A stretch of 64,000 nucleotides of DNA from Candidatus Latescibacterota bacterium (GCA_965237525.1 CBDEFO010000008.1:1184001-1248000); one strand, 5' to 3'; counted from the stretch's first letter, positions 42,500 to 53,560 are shown. The notes: generated from the letters alone by a model not told the origin. Numbers and translations are program-made.

Positions 42500-44019
42500 A
42501 AGCCTTGTGAAAAACCCTTAGATTCAGAAAGTAGTATAGAACAAGCATTGATAAAGCAGCTCCGATGTATTATATTATGTTATTGATAATATTATACATG
42601 GAGGAAACAATGACCCCACAAAAGCAGGAACAGACAAATCCGGTGTTTCACTATTTTCAGATGGAGGATTTAGTTCCCGAGGATCATATCCTTCGTCAGA
42701 TTGATGAGGCAGTTGATTTTTCATTTGTACGAGACGTTGTATCAGATTGTTATTGCCCTGACAATGGCAGACCCGGTATTGATCCTGAATTAGTTGTTCG
42801 AATGATCCTTATTGGCTATCTGTATAATTTGAGTGAGAATCGGCTCTGTCAGGAAGTGGGGATGCATGCGGCATATCGGTTGTTTTGTCATCAGACATTT
42901 GATGATGCGGTTCCGGATAGGAGTACGATCAACAAGCTTCGCAATCACAAGTGGGCATCCAGTGGGTTGTTTGAACGGATAATGCGTCAGGTAGTCCAGT
43001 GTTGCATAGATGTCGGTCTTGTGAGCGGTAAACACCTTAGTGTCGACGGCACTCAGATACAAGCTGATGCTTCAGTGAAAAGTATTGAGCCGATAGAACC
43101 CCCTGTTTCTCTTGATGATTATCTCAAGGGAATCGGTTTTGAAGGTGATAAGACAAAGGGTAGGTCCGGGCATCCTGCAGGATAAAGACTTTCATGGTGA
43201 AAAGTGGACGAACCAAACACACCGTTCGACTACAGACCCCGACGCGCGCTTATACAGCAAATCGAAGGGCAAAGGGGCTTTTCTCTCGTTTATGGGCCAT
43301 GATCTGATCGACACAAAAAGCAGAGTAATCCTTGAGACTCAGGGCACGCAGGCGACAGGGACAGCAGAGCCCGAAAGTGCCCTTAAGATGGTAGATGACC
43401 TTGAAACATACACCATGCCCAAAGACATTCAGACACTTAGTGCCGATACCGGTTACGGTTCTGGTAATTTTATCGCTGATGTACTTGACCGGGGAATCAT
43501 ACCCCATATTCCTCTGCGAGCCGATGAGAAGATTGAACCGATTCCTACATGGAAAAACAAGACAAATCCAGCACATATTCAGGCCGAACGGGATAGAAAA
43601 GTGCGAGAGGCGAAAGCCAGAAATCATGCACGGTCTATCTCATTAACAGCTGACTACAAACTCTCCCGGAGACTCCGTAAACGCAGTGAACATATCTTTG
43701 CTGAAGCCAGGCAACAACACGGTATGGGACGAGCCCGTTACAGAGGACCAGCCTCACTGAATGAACAGTTGAATCTTGTTGCAACAGTACAGAATCTCAA
43801 GAGGCTTGTATCTTTCATAAGAAGGGGGAAAGCGTCTATGTGTGCCCTGTCTGTCAAAGACAGTGCATCCTGTTCTTCAAACAGCTCCTGTTCCTTGCTG
43901 ACCAGAACTCTGATAAGACTATTTTGCTTATTCCACAGCAAAACGATACGATATGCTACTCTTTGACCCATAATCGGCGCTTCAGACGCTGCCTGGGACA
44001 TAACTATTTCACAAGGCTT
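42500..44019 (+). mobile_element. IS1182-family insertion sequence
   Basis: IRs AAGCCTTGTGAAA(A/T)A at both ends; 4-bp TSD CTAA at 42496-42499 and 44020-44023. Confidence 0.88.
42610..43966 (+). pseudogene. IS1182-family transposase, frameshift near 43177
   Basis: LVPEDH, GRPGIDP, VDGT, STTDPDA, ADTGY, RSEHIFAE motifs in two frames. Confidence 0.85.
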
Positions 44020-45395
44020 CTAATTATTTCAAAGAGATTCTGTAATGCTGATAAGTATTTCTCCAACAACGTCTTCCATGCTTTTTGATAATTATCAATT
44101 GGGTATCCAATACCAAGGAATTTGTACGCTTCCAAGACACCTTCAACATTGTCTCCGTGAACAGGATACCCTTGTCTCATCTTGTTTATGTTTCTGAGTA
44201 TTTTTATGACATAAGTCGCTTCATTTGTTTTACCGATAATAGCTTCCAAGTAGGCTTCTAATAGCGAGATTGATTTGAGCGCTGCATCAGAAGTACCAGT
44301 TGTACTTCTCAAAATATCATTATCAAGATCCCTGATAAGATTCGCAAGTGCGCTCAGCCGATAAGAAAATTCCTCTTGAGAATTCGCCTCACGAAACAAT
44401 TCTGCCAAATATCTTTCTTGATTTATAAGGGTCAGCTTTCCTCCATGCTTTTTACAAAATATACCGTTGATCTTATCTCTAACGGCAATTATCAGAGATG
44501 CAAGTTGACTTTGGGTTTGATCTAGCACCAAAGTTTTCTCAGAGATTTCAACATCGATAATCGCTTGATTTGGATCTGAAATTCTCGAAGGGTTAAATGG
44601 ACATTCAGTTGGATGACTGACGGTATTTAGGCTAAGTTCTTCTATATCTCTTAAAGTTCCGTCTTTCAGCTTATCATCGATATGTCGCTTACCGTATTCA
44701 AATAGAACTTTTACAAGATCTTGTTTACTAAGCCCCCAACAGGATGCCAGTGTTGAACTAATCTTTACATTAACAACATGTTGTTGTGTTTCAGTTTCTT
44801 CTTCAGGGGCTCCTGCAAGAGATGAGTCTACAACTGAAAAGGGGAATTCATACAATGTTGCATCGCTGGTTATCAATACGTGCCGTGGATTACGAAAACT
44901 CACGCTTTTCACTTCTCCTGGTACTGGGGAATAAGTATTACTTTCTGCTTCAAATAAGGCAATCTCCGCATTTAATTTTGCAGTGGCTCTGATCTTATCT
45001 ATCTCGGAATATAGTTCTTTCTCTTGGCTATATAAAACATCTGACAAGGAACATCTATTACACCAGTCAGAAATATTTGGCAAGGCTTCGTTATCAACCA
45101 ATTTCTGCAATAATTCAGCTTGCCTGTTATCTAACCAATCAACGCGGTCACGCCTAACTTCCCGTCTTGAAGCTTTTAATTCCTTAATATCATATTTTAA
45201 CCTTATTTTTGACAACTGTCTTATGCTCTCAATCCACTTTTTGTGGATAGCTGAAATAAAGATACCTGATCTTAGGATTCCTCTTTCGTTATGCTCTCCA
45301 GCTATTGTGTTTACTTTCTCTTTTGTTTCAGTCAATATTGTTTCGTAATCACGTTCAAATATAAGGTCTGCTGGTCGAATATTCTTATCATCCAT
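44004..45395 (-). CDS. AT-rich hypothetical protein (~463 aa); last codons replaced by the IS1182 end
   Basis: Long ORF with AGGAG RBS before MDDKN; without the IS it would end FEIIRVLVD* at 42480. Confidence 0.75.
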   Translation of the reverse strand: MDDKNIRPADLIFERDYETILTETKEKVNTIAGEHNERGILRSGIFISAIHKKWIESIRQLSKIRLKYDIKELKASRREVRRDRVDWLDNRQAELLQKLVDNEALPNISDWCNRCSLSDVLYSQEKELYSEIDKIRATAKLNAEIALFEAESNTYSPVPGEVKSVSFRNPRHVLITSDATLYEFPFSVVDSSLAGAPEEETETQQHVVNVKISSTLASCWGLSKQDLVKVLFEYGKRHIDDKLKDGTLRDIEELSLNTVSHPTECPFNPSRISDPNQAIIDVEISEKTLVLDQTQSQLASLIIAVRDKINGIFCKKHGGKLTLINQERYLAELFREANSQEEFSYRLSALANLIRDLDNDILRSTTGTSDAALKSISLLEAYLEAIIGKTNEATYVIKILRNINKMRQGYPVHGDNVEGVLEAYKFLGIGYPIDNYQKAWKTLLEKYLSALQNLFEIIRSLVK

Positions 45396-45758
45396 CGTTC
45401 TTCTCCTGAATTTCGGATTTTTCCTAATTACAAATAACCACAATTATTATGGGTATCCTCCCAATTTAGCAGCATATCCTCATCACTGACGTTCGCAAAA
45501 CATTCACTCCACAGCCTTCTAGCAGTACTCACTTAACAGCCGAAGATAAACCTTGTGCTAGTTAAAACCTCTTCAGAAGGTTTACTTTCCCGTTCTAATT
45601 CACAAGAAGATAGCACTATCTACAGAAGCACTTAACTGCTTAGTATCGTACTTACCAATGGTTTACAAGTAAAAGAAGTCGCTCGTTACGCATTTGGGCG
45701 GAGCACAGCCGTCCTCCGCCTTAAAGTTAGAGTTATACACGTTGTTCATCGAATAGGC

Positions 45759-46055
45759 TCAGCCGCCTGCCTCTTTTTTGAAAAACTCTCCTAACTGCTC
45801 AAGCGATATCACCGGATGAGTCTCCAAACGACAGTGGTCTATAAACGCTGTGCCTAACAATTCGAAAATATCTTCGGCTCCATCTATGTCCATAAGAAAG
45901 AAGCCCGCACGCGCATCTGCGAAAATGCCGCTGGCTGTCACCTTCCCAGAACCTAATATCTTCTCTATCTGCCCGCCAATAGCTTGATGGAGACTCGCTA
46001 TCTCTTCGTCGTCCGTAATCGTATCGAATACCTCGAATCTGATGAAACATTGCAT
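45759..46055 (-). CDS. Small hypothetical protein (DUF3303/muconolactone-isomerase-like fold possible)
   Basis: 98-aa ORF with a G.F...RAGFFLMD...HPV pattern. Confidence 0.55.
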   Translation of the reverse strand: MQCFIRFEVFDTITDDEEIASLHQAIGGQIEKILGSGKVTASGIFADARAGFFLMDIDGAEDIFELLGTAFIDHCRLETHPVISLEQLGEFFKKEAGG

Positions 46056-46237
46056 GATCTTACCCGCTGATTACGTTTAAGATTTAGCACACGATGGCGT
46101 ACAACTCGTTCATATCCATACTATGAGCAAGATAAGCCGTCACTTTGTCAAAGTCAAGTAAATTATCAAAGATAGCAGTGATCTGAATGCTGAAGTTACC
46201 TCTTCGAGGGTCCGGGCAACTCGGTAAAAGAATTGCC

Positions 46238-46266
46238 TTGACATCTCAGAGTTTCCAGCTTAAATT
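46238..46266 (+). promoter_or_regulatory. Putative sigma70 promoter
   Basis: TTGACA-17 bp-TAAATT. Confidence 0.55.
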
Positions 46267-46440
46267 TTAAACTCTTCTGCAGTTATGGACGCGTGCTCCA
46301 ACAGAAGGCATGGACACTTTGTGGGTTACTGACACCCGTTTCTACAGGGAGCACAAAGTGACAGCAAGACACGAAGTGAGTGAAGAACTTTTTGAGGAGA
46401 AAGACAATGTCTCTTACACAGGTAGCAGGAGGTTAAACTC

Positions 46441-47193
46441 ATGAAAGTTGTGGTATTTGGCGCTTCCGGATGGACTGGCAGGGCCGTACTGACGAATCTG
46501 GAGGGTAAACACGAGGTCCGTGCACTTGCTCACTCTCGGGCCTCATGGGACATGTGGAAAGAGCAGGACGGCGACTGGGACGGCGATAAGGTAAACGGTG
46601 ATATTGCTGATTTTAACACTGTTCATTCTGCCACAGAGGGAATGGATGCAATCATTCATCTGGCGGTCCGTTACCCTTCGGGGCCGCGTATTGAGGACGA
46701 CCAGCAGCCCTTTCTTGTCAACCTCAAGGGTTTGTGGAACGTGTTTGAATCGGCGCGGCAGCGTGGCATCAATCGCATCGCACACGTTGGGTCATGCCAG
46801 ACGGTGCATCCCAAGGGCATCTTTTTTACCTCTGAGGTGAGGAGGCCAGATGCAAGTCTGTATGCTGTCACCAAACGGCTGCAGGAGGAGATGTGCCGCC
46901 AGTTTCATGAAGCCCACGGCATGCGCATTATCGTGCTGAGGCCGGATTACATCGTGGACAGCCGATTGGGAATCGGGACGGGCAAGGAGAACATACAGGG
47001 ATCTTACAGAAACGGACTGGTCTGCCGACACGACCTTGCAGAGGCCTGCCGCTTGGCGATAGAATCGGAGACGATAGACTTCGATATCTTTCATATTGTG
47101 GGGACACCTGAGGCCGACGATACCTGTAATGTAGCGCGATCGCGTGACGTGTTGGGACTGACATACAAGGGAAATCTGGAGCAGTACCGCTGA
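46441..47193 (+). CDS. NAD(P)-dependent epimerase/dehydrogenase (extended SDR)
   Basis: GASGWTG, IIHLA, YAVTK motifs; GGAGG RBS. Confidence 0.88.
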   Translation: MKVVVFGASGWTGRAVLTNLEGKHEVRALAHSRASWDMWKEQDGDWDGDKVNGDIADFNTVHSATEGMDAIIHLAVRYPSGPRIEDDQQPFLVNLKGLWNVFESARQRGINRIAHVGSCQTVHPKGIFFTSEVRRPDASLYAVTKRLQEEMCRQFHEAHGMRIIVLRPDYIVDSRLGIGTGKENIQGSYRNGLVCRHDLAEACRLAIESETIDFDIFHIVGTPEADDTCNVARSRDVLGLTYKGNLEQYR

Positions 47194-47548
47194 AATATCT
47201 GTCTCTCTTCTTTTCTTCAAAAGGCCTCGAACAAGGCAGAAAATTTTCCTGGACTGTTCCAGCTTGTCAATATATACTGTAGGCTTAACGATGCGAGGGA
47301 TTCCATTTTGAACATGCTACTTGCACACGATAAGGAATAGTATCTGATAGTGATTCTTAGAGCTTCCGTCAAGATTTTTCAATGTTAATACGATCTGGAC
47401 GCTCTTCACTTGGTCTTTGATCGGGGTATCGTATGCAAGAATGTTAAGAAACTATTGAAGTAGGTCTGAACTTTGGTGCAGTTGTTGGCTAGCTCTTATA
47501 ATTAGTGAGAATATTGATAGACTAACCATCAAGGATTGAAACGAAACC

Positions 47549-48460
47549 ATGTGTGGCATAGTCGGCTTTTGGGACAAGACTGAAAATGAGCAGGCTTCGC
47601 TGGGGCAGACTATCCTCAGGATGCTGGATGCCCTGGGATGTCGAGGTCCTGATTCGGCGGGCGTGGCCCTTTACGGCAGCCGTCATAACGGTGACTTTGT
47701 GCTACGGGTCAAGCTTGGAGAAAACGTCCCCTTTGATGAGCAGACTCAAATAATCTCCCAACGACTTAGCTCGCTCGGTGAACTAAAAGAGAACTCTACA
47801 ACTGCTGAGTATCTCCGGCTTGTCATGGACTACCGAGGTGACCTGCATAAGTTGGAGCGACTCATCCAAACTGTGGATGACGACATCGAAGTTGTGAGCA
47901 TAGGACGCAAACTTGAAATCGTCAAGCAGGTCGGCAGCCCACAGAACCTGGATGCTGCCTACGGTATCTCGAAGTTCGTCGGGGCACACGGCATTGGACA
48001 CACGAGGCTTTCCACTGAATCTGTTGTGGATTTGAGCCACTCACAGCCATTTTGGGCGCACGGCTATCCTGACCTATCTGTCGTCCACAATGGACACATC
48101 ACCAACTACCACAAAATGCGCCGACTATACGAACAACAGGGCGTAAGATTCTGGACCGAGAACGACTCCGAAATTATCGGAGTCTATCTTGCCGAACGAC
48201 TATCACAGGGGATGACACTTGAAGAAGCCTTGACAGCCTCAGTAAGGGACCTCGACGGTTCATTCAGCTACCTTGCGGCAACCTCTGATGCCTTAGGATT
48301 TGCCAAAGATCCCTTCGCTTTCAAACCACTGCTCTTTACCCAAACAGAGGCATTTGTGGCTGTTGCCACCGAGGAGATTGCGATTCGCTCTGCCTTAAAG
48401 GGATCATACGAGGTGCGCGAGGCGCAGGCGAAGGAAGTTCAAGTATGGGAGATCAAGTAG
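47549..48460 (+). CDS. glxB: Class II glutamine amidotransferase, N-methylglutamate synthase subunit A (MgsA/GlxB)
   Basis: MCGIVG, RGPDSAG, GHTRLSTES, VHNG, ENDSE; gene context. Confidence 0.85.
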   Translation: MCGIVGFWDKTENEQASLGQTILRMLDALGCRGPDSAGVALYGSRHNGDFVLRVKLGENVPFDEQTQIISQRLSSLGELKENSTTAEYLRLVMDYRGDLHKLERLIQTVDDDIEVVSIGRKLEIVKQVGSPQNLDAAYGISKFVGAHGIGHTRLSTESVVDLSHSQPFWAHGYPDLSVVHNGHITNYHKMRRLYEQQGVRFWTENDSEIIGVYLAERLSQGMTLEEALTASVRDLDGSFSYLAATSDALGFAKDPFAFKPLLFTQTEAFVAVATEEIAIRSALKGSYEVREAQAKEVQVWEIK

Positions 48461-48485
48461 ACAGGGAAAGGCAACGGCTAAGACT

Positions 48486-48511
48486 GTAGGGGCAGACCCA
48501 TGTGTCTGCCC
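48486..48511. repeat. GTAG-type REP-like palindrome family (also 3930-3956, 49385-49405, 53970-53996, 58691-58751, ~60185-60213, 62591-62652)
   Basis: GTAGGGGCAGACCCATGTGTCTGCCC and GGGCGAGGTAACCTCGCCCCTAC hairpins repeated in intergenic spaces. Confidence 0.8.
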
Positions 48512-48592
48512 TGAAAATAATGTAGGGGCTAGGCCTGTCCCCGAACGGTCCTATCGGGGATCCCTCGCCCAGCAGACAGGAAAAGATAAAGA

Positions 48593-49300
48593 ATGGCAGA
48601 CATAATCGCAGACATAATCTGCGACGGCAAAACTACCCGCGACATCAACTGCGAGATCAAAGGCCTAATTGCGAGGGGCCAAACCGACATCCTTGTGAAG
48701 AACCCCGGCAGTCGGCACAACCTGGGCGTGGCAATATTAGAGAAAGTCAAGATCACGTTTGGTGGCAGCGTCGGCTACTACTGCGCCGGGATGATTAACG
48801 GCCCCTGCGTCGAGATCAACGGCAGTGCTGGCTGGGGCACGGCCGAGTCTATGATGAATGGAGAAGTTATAGTCCAAGGCAGCGTGGGCAATGGAGCTGC
48901 CGCTTCTATTCGCGGTGGGACAGTTGTCGTCCACGGCGATGCAGCGGCCAGGGCAGGCGTTTCGATGAAAGGTGGAATAGTTCTTATTTCTGGCAACTGT
49001 GGCTACATGGCGGGTTTCATGGCGCAGAAGGGGACATTGATTGTCTGTGGCGATGCAGGTGAGGCCTTTGCTGACTCGATGTATGAAGCCGTCTGCTTTG
49101 TCGGCGGAAATATCGTTGAGCTTGGCAACGACGCTGTTGTTGAAAAACCGACCGCGGAGGACAAGGCATTCCTTGAATCCACACAATCGGCTTATCTTCC
49201 GACGAAACCTGCGAATCAAGATTTCAAAAAGGTCGTCTCCGGGCGTAAGCTGTGGAACTTCGATAAACGAGAGTGGGAGACTTGGCAGGAGGCTCTTTAG
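48593..49300 (+). CDS. glxC: GXGXG glutamate-synthase domain protein (MgsB/GlxC)
   Basis: GSVGYYCAGM, MKGG, GFMAQKG, SGRKLWNF. Confidence 0.87.
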   Translation: MADIIADIICDGKTTRDINCEIKGLIARGQTDILVKNPGSRHNLGVAILEKVKITFGGSVGYYCAGMINGPCVEINGSAGWGTAESMMNGEVIVQGSVGNGAAASIRGGTVVVHGDAAARAGVSMKGGIVLISGNCGYMAGFMAQKGTLIVCGDAGEAFADSMYEAVCFVGGNIVELGNDAVVEKPTAEDKAFLESTQSAYLPTKPANQDFKKVVSGRKLWNFDKREWETWQEAL

Positions 49301-49435
49301 CAGGAGGCTCTTCAAAAGAGCGAATAGGCACAGACTGGTGTGTCTGCCTTGAAAATAGTGTAGAGGCTAGGCAACCCAACGCTTGGGCGAGGCGACCTCG
49401 CCCCTGAACATTGAGGGAAAATAGGAAAAATCACA

Positions 49436-50788
49436 ATGTCTGAGGATATAATCCGTAACGGTCAAACCCTCCGTCAGAGTGCGACGTTCACCGCCGAAGT
49501 CGTCGAGGATATCCAGACGAAGGCACAGTTGGGACGATACCGTATTCGTGGGTTCGGGACTCTTAAGGAGCGGCGCTGGGCGACATTTGATGATCTGACG
49601 TTTATCCCCTGCACCCTGACGCGCATCCCTCTTGAGGGCTACCGTGAACGGTGCTCAACAAGAACCGTGTTGGGCACGCGATTTGCCGAAAAGCCGATTG
49701 AACTGGATCTTCCGATCATGATTACGGGAATGAGTTGGGGAGCGCTCTCCTACAACGCCAAAGTCGCACTTGCAAAGGGCGCAAGAATGGTCGGTTCGTC
49801 GAATACGACGGGCGACGGCGGGATGCTGATGGCAGAGCGCAAGCACAGCAACGTGCTCGTCTATGAGGTGCTGCCGTCCAGATATGGTATAGACGTCCAT
49901 CACTTGAAGATGGCAGACGGCATTGAGTTGACGATCGGACAGGGGGCAAAGCCGGGTACTGGCGGGCTGCTACTGAATTTGAAGGTCTCAGACGAGATTG
50001 CCCAGCAGCGTGACCTGCCCATCGGCGTAGACCAGCGCAGCCCAGCGCGGCATCCGGACTTCTTGGGTCCAGACGACATGGTTATCAAAATTGAGGAACT
50101 TCGCGAAGCCACCGACTGGCAGGTGCCAATTTTCGTTAAGATGGGTGCATCACGCACCTTTGACGACGTTAGATTGGCGGCAAAGGCCGGCGCGGATGTC
50201 ATCGTCGTGGACGGCATGGAGGGCGGCACAGCAGCTTCGCCTGAGATCTGTCAAGAACATACGGGCATCCCCACCCTATCTGCTGTGTGTGAGGCTCGAG
50301 CGGCGCTCGAAGATCTGGGACTATATGGAGAGGTACAACTGATCATCGCAGGCGGCATCCGAAACGGCGTGGACGTTGCAAAGGCTTTAGCCCTGGGGGC
50401 CGACGCTGTCTATATCGGCACAGCGGCCCTGATTGCGCTCAACTGCAACAAACCGCTTTACGTCGAGGACTACCAAAAACTCGGAACCGAACCCTATCAT
50501 TGTCACCACTGCCACACGGGACTCTGTCCTGTCGGAATCACAACGCAGGACCCCGATCTGATGCAGCGCCTAGACATCGACGAAGGTGCGGAGCGCACCG
50601 CCAATCTCTTGAGGGCGATGACTTCGGAGATTCAGTTACTCGCCCGAGCCTGCGGCAAGGCCGACGTGCACAACCTCGACCCTGAAGACATGCGCGCCCT
50701 GACCCTTGAGGCGTCTATGATCTGCGGTATCCCGCTTGCCGGGACAAACAGGGTCTTCGGAGGAGGTCCAGGCTGGGTGAAAAAGTAG
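49436..50788 (+). CDS. glxD: FMN-binding glutamate synthase family protein (MgsC/GlxD)
   Basis: R.PLEGYRE.C, TTGDGG, GQGAKPG, DQRSP.RHPD, CHHCHTGLCPVG cluster motif. Confidence 0.9.
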   Translation: MSEDIIRNGQTLRQSATFTAEVVEDIQTKAQLGRYRIRGFGTLKERRWATFDDLTFIPCTLTRIPLEGYRERCSTRTVLGTRFAEKPIELDLPIMITGMSWGALSYNAKVALAKGARMVGSSNTTGDGGMLMAERKHSNVLVYEVLPSRYGIDVHHLKMADGIELTIGQGAKPGTGGLLLNLKVSDEIAQQRDLPIGVDQRSPARHPDFLGPDDMVIKIEELREATDWQVPIFVKMGASRTFDDVRLAAKAGADVIVVDGMEGGTAASPEICQEHTGIPTLSAVCEARAALEDLGLYGEVQLIIAGGIRNGVDVAKALALGADAVYIGTAALIALNCNKPLYVEDYQKLGTEPYHCHHCHTGLCPVGITTQDPDLMQRLDIDEGAERTANLLRAMTSEIQLLARACGKADVHNLDPEDMRALTLEASMICGIPLAGTNRVFGGGPGWVKK

Positions 50789-50799
50789 ATAACGACCCG

Positions 50800-51501
50800 G
50801 TGACGGCGTCACGCAGAATCGGGACACTGAACGAGAAGCCGCTTCACGCCGCTTTGAAGGAGTGGTACTCCCGACCTTGCGATCGGTTTGAGGTAGTCGT
50901 GGACGGCTTCATCGTCGACCTGGTTCGAGGTAATCTCTTGGTGGAGATTCAGAGTCGTAACTTTTCAGTCATTAAGCGGAAATTGACAACCCTTGCGGCT
51001 TGCCATTACGTTCGCTTAATCTACCCGATAGCACAGGAAAAGTGGATCGTCAAGGTGTCAGAAGACGCCGGGCACTATCTGCGACGAAGAAAGTCACCGA
51101 AACGTGGCAGCGTTATCCAGGTCTTTGGGGAGCTCGTCAGCTTTCCCGAGTTGCTCTCTAATTCCAACTTTTCTATAGACGTAATCTTCATCCAAGAAGA
51201 GGAGTTGCGGCGACACGAAAGAGGCAGAGCCTGGAGAAGGAACGGCTGGGTAACGCACGAGCGCAGACTCATTCGGGTGCTGGGTCGGCGTCTGTTCGAA
51301 ACACCGTCTGACTTCGGGGACCTCATCCCATCCGATCTGTCTGACACCTTCACCACATTAGAGCTCGCAGAGGCCTTGGCCACAGCTAAGTCGATGGCTC
51401 AGAAAATGGCCTATTGTTTGCGCAAAATGGGCGCTATAGAACCGGTGGGAAAGAGCGGAAATGCTGTTTCGTATGTGAGGTCGCGTTTGAGTAGGGAATA
51501 G
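50800..51501 (+). CDS. Conserved hypothetical protein with PD-(D/E)xK-like motif and C-terminal wHTH-like region
   Basis: IGTLNEKPLHAALK, IVD...VEIQ. Confidence 0.6.
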   Translation: MTASRRIGTLNEKPLHAALKEWYSRPCDRFEVVVDGFIVDLVRGNLLVEIQSRNFSVIKRKLTTLAACHYVRLIYPIAQEKWIVKVSEDAGHYLRRRKSPKRGSVIQVFGELVSFPELLSNSNFSIDVIFIQEEELRRHERGRAWRRNGWVTHERRLIRVLGRRLFETPSDFGDLIPSDLSDTFTTLELAEALATAKSMAQKMAYCLRKMGAIEPVGKSGNAVSYVRSRLSRE

Positions 51502-51585
51502 ACCCCCTCTGCATGATTGGGATTGAGCCGAGAGGGCCATCTCAGGCGAAGCCCCTGGATCAAAGAGAAGGAGGAGAAGGTCTTG

Positions 51586-52905
51586 GTGGGGATATCGCCA
51601 TATTCGATAGTTGCCCTAATTGTGGCATTTATGGGTTTTGCCCTTGTATTGAAGTGGCTCGTTAATTTTGTCGGCTGCCTCTGCCAATTTTGTGGCAACT
51701 TGAAATTGACTCCACTCCGAAAGCTCTCATCGGAAGACCGGCAGGCAGTCCTGAGCTATTTTCTCGATTATGAGCGCTGAACTCGCAGGCACCGGGGAAT
51801 TCTAGTTTGTATGAAATGCAATACTGTCTTCCATGGATATCCTCAGGGACTTCAGCGGCGAGAAGAAGTCAATAAACGTTGGCCGCAATTGCAATTTTTC
51901 ACATAAGGCATTCAGATCAATATGTTCACAATCGGAGTATTCGGAATCATCACAGACAATGAAGGGCGTGTTTTGCTTTGTCATCGGCGTGACCATGATC
52001 TGTGGAATTTGCCCGGAGGAGCTGTTGAGGCAGGCGAAAGCCCGTGGGATGCTCTTGTCCGAGAAATCGAAGAAGAAACAGGTTTGCGAACAAAGCCAGT
52101 TTATCTTACGGGCGTTTACAGCAAGCCAGATAAGGACGAGATCGTGCTGTCTTTCGCCTGCCAGATCACAGATGGTAAAAATACTCTAACTGATGAAACA
52201 GACAAGATTGAGTATTTTCAGGTCGGGCAAATTCCAAAGAATACTTCACCAAAGCAAGTCGAGCGGATAAAAGAGTATTTTGCCGACAAAAGCAAAACGC
52301 ACTACAGGATACAGACGGGTGCGTCATCTATTGATTTGATTAAAGAAGGAAAAATGTGAAAAATTGGAACTCTCGCCCGCCCTTCGGGATGTTGCACTCA
52401 GGCTCGGCCTGCGGCGCGCCTAACAACGCGACGCGAACGTTATGTGCAATGCCATTTTTCTGTAATTCGAAAGACTGAAGGGGGCAAAGACGACATCTTC
52501 CCCTACTCTCAGCCGGGCGATAATATGCTATAGACGTATTGCATAATAGTAGAGAGATTTCTTATAAGCCAAAAGAAATCAAAAGCTTGAAGCACAATAT
52601 TGGACTATTTTGAAATCTCTCCTAAGCTCTTGTTTTACAATCCCTTTTCAAAACGCATTCATATTGTACAATAGATCTAATGGATATCGATATGGGGGGG
52701 GCTTATAGCAAGCTGCAGGACCTGGTGTAAGATATGCAACTGTTTGATACTCGGTTGCGATCCCGAAAATAAGAATATCGTCTGTCGAAATTGTGACACG
52801 AAATACTCATGGGAAGTGTATAAGGAATCCGGATTTCGGTTCCTGATACCGGCAAAAGATGTTAAACTTCTGGAAAAATGTAGTGATGTCTCTGGAGCCG
52901 GATGA
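51586..52905 (+). pseudogene. Possible TM plus Cys-rich protein split by the NUDIX insert
   Basis: TM, CQFC, CMKC, DFSGEKKS before 51873; CRTWCKIC...CRNC after 52680. Confidence 0.35.
51922..52359 (+). CDS. NUDIX hydrolase
   Basis: Nudix box [23 protein letters not shown]. Confidence 0.92.
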   Translation: MFTIGVFGIITDNEGRVLLCHRRDHDLWNLPGGAVEAGESPWDALVREIEEETGLRTKPVYLTGVYSKPDKDEIVLSFACQITDGKNTLTDETDKIEYFQVGQIPKNTSPKQVERIKEYFADKSKTHYRIQTGASSIDLIKEGKM

Positions 52906-53172
52906 ATGCGAGCCAGAAAGTGCGATTAATACCACTACAAACAGTAGTTAGAGAGACACATCTTCCTCAAAATTGTCATTGCGAGCGCCCCCGATTGAAC
53001 CCCCGATTAACTCTATCGGGGGGCGGGGGGAAGCAATCTCGCTTTTGTCATTGAGAAGATTTTGCAGGAATGAGATAGCAGGAGCACCTCCTTATTCAGG
53101 CGGTATCCCCGTTCACACCGCTTATGCGTGGCCGTTATGTGTAATGAAAACTCACTAAAGAAATCATTCACG

Positions 53173-53560
53173 ATGGTTTGCCCTTACTGTCCAATAGAAA
53201 ACGATCCTGATAACAAAGTTATTTTTTGCAACGACATTTGCCTATACGTCGAAAATGAAAAATACCAAGGAGCTTTAAGGCATTCTGGGATTATTATTCC
53301 AGTAAAACATTAGGAGAACAGTATTTGAACTTACTCAAGAAGAAATAATAGCGACATTTGAACTTCTCAAAACGGTGAAATCATGGATGGACGACAACTT
53401 TCAACCAGACGGCTACAACATTGGTTGGAATTGTGAAAGAGTTGGTGGCCAAGAGGTCCTCCATGCTCATATGCACGTTATTCCACGTTTTAAGGATGAA
53501 CCCTTGTCTGGAGAGGGAATTCGTTCATTCTTAAAACTGGGGCTTCGCCGCTCGCAATAA
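53173..53560 (+). pseudogene. HIT family protein, frameshift near 53310
   Basis: CPYC, PDGYNIGWN, GGQ...HAHMH; corrected frame PVKHRRTVFEL. Confidence 0.82.

Noticed and set aside
26335..43185. Programmed frameshifting in the kinase, cyclase or IS1182 genes
   Set aside because: No slippery heptamer with a downstream structure was seen; simple indels explain them
41130..46219. 10-bp direct repeat GTCCGGGCAA at 41130 and 46210 as att sites of a 5-kb island
   Set aside because: Short, no site-specific recombinase or tRNA nearby; may be chance
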